Origin: the human T2T-CHM13v2.0 reference genome, Homo sapiens
Strand: one strand, 5' to 3'
Assembly (NCBI RefSeq): GCF_009914755.1
Contig: NC_060928.1
Length of the DNA stretch: 64,000 nucleotides
Shown: in pieces, positions 54,266 to 64,000 of the stretch
Layout: each line of letters begins with the position of its first letter
Position numbering within the stretch: the stretch's first letter is position 1
Notes under the pieces: generated by a model
What the model was told of the DNA's origin: nothing
Seen by the model: only the letters and a program-made list of their open reading frames with translations
Databases searched by the model: none
Translations under genes and position numbers: made by a program

Positions 54266-54843
54266 AAGTAAATGAGTAATAGAGTAATCAGAAGAAAAAT
54301 AATTTTACTGAGAATAAATTTATCACTATATAATAGATACAACTGAGAAGTCTGTATTATCAATTATTAATATGAAAAGGTTCATAACATTCTGAGATGA
54401 TTGACAGAAAAGAAAACAAAGTGAAGAAAGTGATCAGTCCTTCAAATGGTATGGTAAATAGGACTTAAAGCTACATATGTGGAGGAATTTGAACCCATTG
54501 GACTAAATTATAAAATGATCAGACAAACGGTATGATCCACTCTTTACAATGATATATGTTTTTCCATTATAACTTACAGAACTAATAGTTGAATGAAATA
54601 AAAATGTATGTAACTGGGAAAAAGAGAATGGACAGAAATTGGAAAGAAAAAATATTTAAAGCGAGCTAATCTAGAAGGACTTAGTAAAATAAGCAAAATA
54701 AATCATGTAGTGGCTGTTGAGTTTATATACTTTCAAGATTTCGTTCTTCAATAGTTGAATAATTATGACAAATTCCTAATATATCTTAAATCTTGAAAAT
54801 TATGGAAGACAAAAGAATGCTTAGATTTTAAAATTCAGTTTTT

Positions 54844-55151
<308 letters not shown>

Positions 55152-58100
55152 AAAATTCAGTTTTTATATATAATTAAGAGATGAGTTTTAGGATTTTTCC
55201 CTTTTCTTCAAGGCTCAAATAATGTTTGAAATTGTAAGAATGATGCATTTAGAATTTTCAATATTGCAATGGTAATATGAAATCAAGCAAATGTAATAAA
55301 AAAGATAACTTGGATTAACGGTAAGATAAAAAATTATCATTACTAAAAGACCATCTACTTCTTACAGAATTTAAAATATCTACTTAAACATAATTATATG
55401 TTTGGAAAAAATTTAGTTGAGCCAATAAATCTATCTATATCTATAAAATGTGGACAAGATGGATAAATCATTGATATTGAAATAGGTTCACTAATTCTCT
55501 TTTCCCATAATATGTTTATATTTCTCTGATAATAAGTTATAAGATTTCTATGAGTATTGAAGTAGTTTAAGTCTATTGTTTTATATATTCAAAATCAGAT
55601 TCTGCTCTTAAAAAGTCCATTTAAAATATGTAAAGCAATAAGTAACTTCAGTTGCTAAATTGGTTCAATTGCTCAGCTGCTGTGGGGAGAGGCACTATAG
55701 CTTATAAAATTGTGGTTTCTCACTTACAAAACATCTAATCAATGTGCATATTTTACTCCTAGCTATAAAAAACCCAATATGTCCATAATTGTAATAAATT
55801 TAAAATACTGCAAAGTATTAAAGAGAATATTAAAATTATTTTCTAACTCTTAAGTATTGGTACATTTTCTTCTAGTTTGTTCTTTGTGCGTAATTCATAT
55901 GATTTGCATGAGTTACCACCATTAATTTTCAAATAATCAGCAACTGGAAAAGCAACAAGGGGTAAAATATTACATTTCTACTCTACTATTCTGTTCTACA
56001 AACGAGCCCTCTGCTTTTGGGACTTCACATCTTTCTTCACCTTATACATGTAGAGGCTTCATCACTTTATATGACTTAAAACAACTATGTGTCCTAAGAG
56101 CAGGAGCCAATACCCTGGCTGCCAAAGGCCACCTTGCTATGTTAACAGGAAAATATTATCTATCTAGGATACATACATCTAAATATGTTGACATATAAAT
56201 TTAATCTATATGAATAGTAAGTTGGGCAAGATGCTGGTTAGTTTTAATCAAGTATTTTCTTTGAGTAAAATATTGGATTGAGTTAATGAGCTAAAATTCA
56301 ACCCATCATGAGAAACTCTGGAGAAAATATTTGTCATTGTATCCTAATCATATTTATGAATTGTTTAAAGAATGGAAGGAGATGAAGGAAACCAGAAATA
56401 TTAGCCAGGAGATATTTACAATAATTCAGGTGACTTTCAGGACCAAGATATTCCCATTGTTTTTGAAAAAGACATGAGAAAAATGTTGCAAAGAAAAAAC
56501 TGATGGAACTTGTTTAATGCTTTTATACAAGTAATGGGTCTTAGGTGATAGATTAAGTCCCAGTTTAAACAGTGTCAAATGCCTCTAGAGACTGATGGGT
56601 ATTCAGAGAGAAAATAGGTCCTTGAATTTGGTGATTCTAAATCATATGTGTCTGATGTAAAAGCAGTTTTAACTTCAGTGAAAGCTGAAGAACAAAATAT
56701 TGAGAGGAAACTGGATGAAACGAGTCAGAATGTTTGTAAATAATTGAATGTGAAAAGATAAAGGTGGGTAAGTCATATTTCAAGAAAAAAGGATGGAGGG
56801 ATGATTGGGCTATGGGGCACTTGATTTCTCAATTTTGCATAGATCTCACTAAATAAGTATTGTTTATCATACTTTCCTAATGGTATTCAAAGCTAATATT
56901 TTTATGAGACAATAATTATAACTTCACATCATATGAGAAGAACCGATGTTTGCCTTCTGTTTTGTTTCTGTCCTTCAAATTACCTCTATATTTTGCCAAT
57001 GTAGTAGATTTTCAGTAAGGGGTGAAACTACCTTGTTTCCTAGAGCTATTTGACCATCCAGGCAGTTGCCTGCCATTTTGTTATTGGGGGTGAGTGGAAA
57101 GCAGACAATTATAATAAAAAATAAATATGCACAGCCATGATGTATGTCATTCTATATTCAACTGTAATATTTTAAAACATGATCTTCTAAAGTCAAGAGA
57201 AAATGCTAGAAAAATGAAATAGGTTTATCCTTACCCATTGTTTACCCTTACCCATTTTTAGCAATGTTCAAACAGGTTGATTCTTAAACGGAGAGTCTTA
57301 AAAATAATAAGCTGGCATTTAGATTTCTGGTTGAGTGTGAGGCTTAAATTACTCTTAGCTTTATTTCTCAATATACTCTAAATGAATCGTTCTATTATTT
57401 TTCATAAAAACTTTTTAAAAATAAAATTTTCTATGTACACATAGGTACTTATTAGTGTTAATTACAGAAAGAATAAAATTCAAATGAGACTCAAGAGTAG
57501 AGTGATTTTGAAACTGTAAGGCTAAGTATATGGCTAACATACTTGACCAAAATTTTAAAACAGCAGAATTATTAGCCCTCATAAGCTCTAATATTTTATT
57601 TAAAAGGTTAACATTTTCCATTTTAAGGTTTTTCTTGTCTTCATGTACATGATATAGCTATAAAAAAAGAAGTAAAATACATCAATTCCACATTTTTATT
57701 TCGTTGAAAGGCATGTTCTCTTATTCTAGAGAAGAAAGTCAGATTTTAGCTGTTTCATACCTGATTTATTACTTAACATAGCAAAAAACAAAAAAATCAA
57801 AACAAACAAACAAAAAAAAAAACAAAAGAGTACATCCTGAAAGGAGCAGGTGTTTATACAGTAAGTTTTGCCTGATCCTCTATTTTTCTTTAAATTCAAA
57901 GTGAAGATTTTTATTAATTAATTATTTACTCTCTCTTATTTTTATTTTCAATATAGAAATAATTATATAGGCAAAAACATATTGACATAATGAAGCAAGT
58001 CAAGTATTTGTTATATAAGGTTTAATATTATTGAAGGCAATGTTCTCTATGCATCCATGTAATTTTATATTTCTTATGTATAGACACATAGGTTAGAGCT

Positions 58101-59239
58101 AAGAACTTTATAAGGAACAAAAATGGAACCTAACAATTGTCACTGACAGTAAGAAAATACTAATGATGAAAACTTGTTTTCCAAAGCAGTTGATGTGATC
58201 ATTTCCCATGAGGCAGTGGTTAATATAAACAGGCAAACAGATCAATTTGTCACCACAAATATGTCACTACATTCTAATGTTTTCATTAGCTAAAACACCA
58301 AAGTGCTGATTCACTCTGCCTTGGGGTAAATGTGACCATTTTCTGCAAACATTTTCTAAAATGCTGCATAAATATAATTTTCTTTCATTTAGTATTTGGA
58401 TTTGGATTTCTCTTTACATGATTTAACAAAAAACTTGTTTCTCCTGAATCTCGTCTTGTCTGTGTTTGCTTCTGTCTCTAACCTGAATTCATGTAGGAAA
58501 GAACAACATATGAGACACAACTCCTATCATCTATTCCTCAAAAATAGCTGTGCTAGAATTAAAAAATACTCAGTGTTTGATCAAACATGCTCAATGATAA
58601 TTTTGATCAAATGTGAAGATAACACAAGGAATGGATTTAACAGAAATAAAAATGATCTCAAAACAAAATTGCATGATATGGTTTCAAATGGGAAGGATAT
58701 TTCCATGTCAGATTGGGTGGTTTCCATTCTAATCATACTTGTACTAATAAGTTTTCTTTTTAAAGACTGTAGTTTAGCATATTGTATATCCTCTATTCAA
58801 CATTGAAATTTCAATGGACACAACCCCAGATCAAAGAAGCAGAGAGGCCAGCAGTGTAAATGAAGAAAAAAATAGAGGATGTTATACGTTTCTTTCCAAA
58901 ATATGAAATATTCCCGACCGTGTTTGTCAAATACAAGCTGAGCATTCTACAACCAGCATCATTCTGATTCTATTACTTAAACAGTAATAAAAGGAGTCAT
59001 CACTTTCAACATTGTTCCCTTAATGTTAACTTAAAATTCTTCTTAGTGTGGCTGTAATATAGGATCATTAGAATTCCATGATTCGAATGTATATATTATC
59101 TTTTAGAGCAGAGGAATGTCTCAACAATAGTCCAGGGCAGTAGGTGTCAGCAGACATGGGGAAGTGAAGGAGGTCATAAACCAAAGTTCAGTCCATCCAA
59201 AACATTACAGCTTCACTTGTAGTAGGACGTTTTTGGGGA

Positions 59240-60200
59240 ACACAACAAAAATATTCTAAAAGTCATGAAGTATAATAAATGCCCCTGAGTAACTAAGTCA
59301 TTTTTTGAAAAAAGATCAGAGAGGGCACTTGTAGTAAGAGAGCACACAACTTGCTACAGAGCCATAGTAATAAAAATGTAAAACAAAGGAACGAAAAACA
59401 CTGACGTAGGACCAGACAACTAGACTAAAACAACAAGAAAGAGGGGTCGGAAACTTACTTGTGTACTAACAGAAGTTTGACCTGTGATAAAGCTGTTATC
59501 AAGTATCTCTGAAAAAAAGACATAACATCTTTTCAGATGGTTTTGGAAATTATGTCTTTTACATGGACAAAATTAAATTTTATGCTTATCTTCTTTTCTA
59601 TACAAGGATGAAGTAGAGAGGGTTGAAAGATCTAAATGAGACATAGAAAATTCTAAATATAAGGAAATTCAATGAAAAATTACATAGGAAAATATCTTTA
59701 TGATATTGAAACAAGGCAAAACTTTTATCTAAATTTTAAAATTATAAGAAATATTGGCCTAATATATTAATTAATACATAAGATTAATATCAATAACTAT
59801 GTAAATATTGATTGCTAATATATAAATAATAATGTTCCTAAAGAATACTATGAAGTTTACAGATAGGCAATGAGGAGGCAGAAGGACACAAATTCATATC
59901 TCCGGACAAAAAATGACCTCAATAAGATTTCTATCAAATACTGAAGAATTGTTTTTGAGAATATTTGAGAAAAAAGTTTGCTCCTACATATCATTCTTTT
60001 TCATGAAAAAGGTAATTATCAGACAGAATTACCTTAGAAATCTCATACAGGAAGAAAATTGAAATAGTATTCCACTAATTTATTAAATACCTATAATACA
60101 AAGTATGTAAATAATAATAATTAAAAGAACCAGGAAAAAATATAACTAGCCACGATAAGGAATCCTAACCTTATAATATCCATTCACATACAATTCAATT
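59240..60200 (+). mobile_element. Degraded L1ME ORF2 3' region
   Basis: aacttgctacagagccatagtaataaaa, aaagatctaaatgag and ggaaaatatctttatgatattg motifs. Confidence 0.55.
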
Positions 60201-60965
60201 AGTTGCTTAGAACACTTTGTCATTCAAAATGAAAGAGCCAAGAGTGTATCACATGATACGAGAGACACAAAAACAAGACTTTTTTTTTTTTTCTTTTTTC
60301 CCCCAGGGAAACTGGAATATATGTTTGGTTATATATGGTTACTACTCCTTCTTTTGCTGCTTACATGTAATTAGGACCGACAAGGATTTCTGTCTTAAAG
60401 TCTAAACATGTTTTTATGGATGGTCACATTTTTAAAGGTAATACTTTTTTTGAAGTTAGCATTAAAAATATGCAGCCACACAATAAATTCTACTGCACCA
60501 TTCCTCTTGCTTATATTAAGGAAACTGAGTCACAGAGATTTGCAGATATTTGATCATGTATTAACATTTCATTTCATATAAAAATTAGTTTTATTAAACT
60601 TTTCACAGAAAAAAACAACTAAATAAAATAATCTTGAAGAAGAAAGACAACCCAGACTCAAGTCTATAATTACGACTTGAGAAGCCATGTGAAAGTGATA
60701 ATTTTCTATTTAACTATTGTATGTGGGACCTTCAAAAGAAATGAAGTAGTGTGTTAGTTTCCAGAAGTTGCCACTACATTCTTTGTACCCCAAAAATCAT
60801 ATATTTTCCTTGAACATCAAAATGGTCATCTGATTCGTTATATACGGTCCATGTAAGTTCTCCAACAAATAGCTCCATTGCCTTTTTATAGTTATTTAAT
60901 CAAATGTGAAGCAATGATACATTCCTGCGGGAAGAGTTATCAAGTCCCCTATTCATTAAAATTGA

Positions 60966-61369
<404 letters not shown>

Positions 61370-62766
61370 AAAACATCTTATTCTTTTCTCCATAATTTGT
61401 TAGTTTCTCCAAACATACATTTTTTATGTTCACACCACAGTGCTTTTCCTTTGGGAATATTTTTCTAATTCTGAGTCATTCTCATATTTATCTGCATAAA
61501 ACAGGGTTGTTACCTTGAGGAAGGTATCTTATCCTGAGGTATGCAAAAACACAAGAGATCATTTCATTCCTCAAAAATTTTATTTTGCTTGCTTTTTAAT
61601 CTCCTGCCTTCTGCCTTAGCAATCACCTCTCTCCACTTCATCATTTCTATGAGCTCTGCTCATTACTTCTTCCACTTCACTGAATGTTTTTGGGTCTTAC
61701 CAACAATTAAATTATCCTCCGTAACAACTTCATCCTTCACCTGGTAAATCTGCCCTATAGCCACGTCACTCCCTGTTTCTTCAGGTTCTTTTCTCTAGTG
61801 ACCTTCACCTTCAATCTAGTTGAGCTACGTGTTTCATATACCTTGTTGCCACCCACAACCATTAGTCTTCTGAAATATTAACCTCAAAGTTATTATACTG
61901 TCACCACATGTGTGTAACTCAGTTACACAGGCAATGTCTAAGAGTTGACCTCCTAGGGACATCTTGGCTGTGATATTTCCGCTTTTTATTTTTGTCTCCT
62001 CCTTTTGCAACCATTTATTTTTAAATCAGCTTTGATCTCCTTGTACAAAACTTTCTCTCATGAGGAAATTGTCAAATCCATGTTTCTTCTAACTTACCAC
62101 CGAACTTCCTAGAAAAAAAAAATTAAATATTGGAGGAATCAAATTATCATCTTTTTTTTTGTTAGCGGTACTAAAACTTCACAATGTCCAACTGGCTTTC
62201 AATAGCAAGGTCCACTCACACTTCCATTGCCCTAGTTAGGTCTCTTTAAGGTTCTCTACAGAAACTTTCCTCAATACTATTGAAACTAGTATATGTATAC
62301 ATGCATTTATCCTTCCTTTCCCCATAGCTCTTCATTTTTGTAAGGCTAAGCCTTTCCATGATCTTCTGGAACTCATCCCTTCGTGACTTCTCAGGAATAG
62401 CAAGACATCAGTTATTGACTTTAATATTAATTCAAGATCTCTGACCATACATTTATTTTCAGGGAAAACAAGTTTTGCTAGTAACTCCAAAGATGCATTT
62501 GTATGTGTTTATTTTCCTATACAATAATTTTTAAATTTCAAAACTTGTTATCAATTAATCCACGCAGAACATTGTAATTCTGAAAAACATGAGGTCTGTA
62601 AAGAAATTTGACCTATCACTTTAAAATATATTCCCATCCTCTTTTTCTAATGTTTTAAAGAGTCTCTAACTTTATGTCTAAGAAACAATGAATATATTTT
62701 AAAACTGACATCTAAAGAGGATTCTAAAAAAAAACACTTTTTAAAAAATTGGAGGGGGGAGGAGCC

Positions 62767-62775
62767 AAGATGGCC
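62767..62775 (+). promoter_or_regulatory. L1 YY1-binding site AAGATGGCC
   Basis: Canonical position at the start of the L1 5' UTR. Confidence 0.8.
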
Positions 62776-63064
62776 AAATAGGAACAGCTCCGGTCTACAG
62801 CTCCCAGCGTGAGCGACGCAGAAGACCGGTGATTTCTGCATTTCCATCTGAGGTACCGGGTTCATCTCACTAGGGAGTGCCAGACAGTGGGTGCAGGTCA
62901 GTGGGTGCACGCACCCTGCGCGAGCCAAAGCAGGGCGAAGCATTGCCTCACTTGGGAAGTGCAAGGGGTCAGGGAGTTCCCTTTCCGAGTCAAAGAAAGG
63001 GGTGATGGGCTGCACCTGGAAAATCGGGTCACTCCCACCCGAATACTGCGCTTTTCCAACTGGC

Positions 63065-63205
63065 TTAAAAAACGGCGTACCACAAGATTATATCCCGACC
63101 TGGCTCGGGCAGTCCTATGCCCAGGGAGTCTCGCTGATTGCTAGCACAGCAGTCTGAGATCAAACTGCAAGGTGGCAGCCAGGCTGGGGGAGGGGCACCT
63201 GCCAT
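63065..63205 (-). pseudogene. ORF0: L1 ORF0, frameshifted
   Basis: MAGAPPPAWLPPCSLISDCCASNQRDS...EPG in one frame; the C-terminal VRRFLS..EKR.IRVGVTRFSRC lies in another frame. Confidence 0.8.
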
Positions 63206-63664
63206 TGCCCAGGCTTGCTTAGGTAAACAAAGCAGCCGGCTGGGAAGCTCCAACTGGGTGGAGCCCACCACAGCTCAAGGAGGCCTGCCTGCCTCTGTAG
63301 GCTCCACCTCTGGGGGCAGGGCACAGACAAACAAAAAGACAGCAGTAACCACTGCAGACTTAAATGTCCCTGTCTGACAGCTTTGAAGAGAGCAGTGGTT
63401 CTCCCAGCAGGCAGCTGGAGATCTGAGAACGGGCAGACTGCCTCCTCAAGTGGGTCCCTGACCCCTGACCCCCGAGCAGCCTAACTGGGAGGCACTCCCC
63501 AGCAGGGGCACGCTGACACCTCACACGGCAGGGTATTCCAACAGACCAGCAGCTGAGGGTCCTGTCTGTTAAAAGGAAAACTAACAAACAGAAAGGACAT
63601 CCACACCAAAAACCCATCTGTACATCACCATCATCAAAGACCAAAAGTAGATAAAACCACAAAG

Positions 63665-63991
63665 ATGGGGAAAAAACAGAACAGAAAAACTGGAAACTCT
63701 AAAACGCAGAGCGCCTCTCCTCCAAAGGAACGCAGTTCCTCACCAGCAACGGAACAAAGCTGGATGGAGAATGACTTTGACGAGCTGAGAGAAGAAGGCT
63801 TCAGACGATCAAATTACTCTGAGCTACGGGAGGACATACAAACCAAAGGCAAAGAAGTTGAAAACTTTGAAAAAAATTTAGAAGAATGTATAACTAGAAT
63901 AACCAATACAGCGAAGTGCTTAAAGGAGCTGATGGAGCTGAAAACCAAGGCTCGAGAACTATGTGAAGAATGCAGAAGCCTCAGGAGCTGA
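63665..63991 (+). pseudogene. ORF1: L1 ORF1p N-terminus with premature stop
   Basis: MGKKQNRKTGNSKTQSASPPKERSSSPATEQSWMENDFDELREEGFRR...; TGA at 63989-63991 where the consensus reads CGA (Arg). Confidence 0.92.
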
Positions 63992-64000
63992 TGCAATCAA

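Larger units (their letters stand above)
62754..64000 (+). mobile_element. Young LINE-1 (L1PA2-like) with complete 5' UTR and ORF1 start; runs off the right edge
   Basis: GGGGGAGGAGCCAAGATGGCC start, about 910-bp UTR, ORF1 ATG at 63665, TTTT/AAAA endonuclease-like site just upstream. Confidence 0.95.

Noticed and set aside
58396-58806. 136-aa ORF in AT-rich DNA
   Set aside because: TTG start, no recognisable domain or splice context; length is compatible with chance in 64 kb.

Overview
This is AT-rich primate, very probably human, non-coding DNA made mostly of interspersed repeats. I cannot support any host protein-coding exon, tRNA, rRNA or CRISPR array. The ORF track is chance ORFs plus repeat-derived frames. 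The window opens inside a human-specific-type HERV-K(HML-2) LTR5_Hs on the minus strand and closes in the 5' UTR/ORF1 of a young L1PA2-like LINE-1. Between them lie solo LTRs (MER11, MER41B, MER72-like, MER77/68-like, several MaLRs), eight Alu-family elements, old L1/L2/MIR remnants and DNA-transposon fossils. The best structural observations are: (1) a TSD-flanked, polyadenylated L1M+MST-LTR chimeric retrocopy at 23.0-23.5 kb; (2) a 170-bp-offset duplication in which a 33-mer is single in one copy and expanded 8-fold in the other, followed by a palindrome-rich TA array at 20-21 kb; (3) a MER41B with one intact and one broken STAT1 GAS site; (4) MADE1 fragments at element junctions; (5) an inverted-templated insertion in an AluY. 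I found no convincing new biological system. Repeat family names come from remembered consensus sequences, not a database search, and boundaries of old repeats are approximate.
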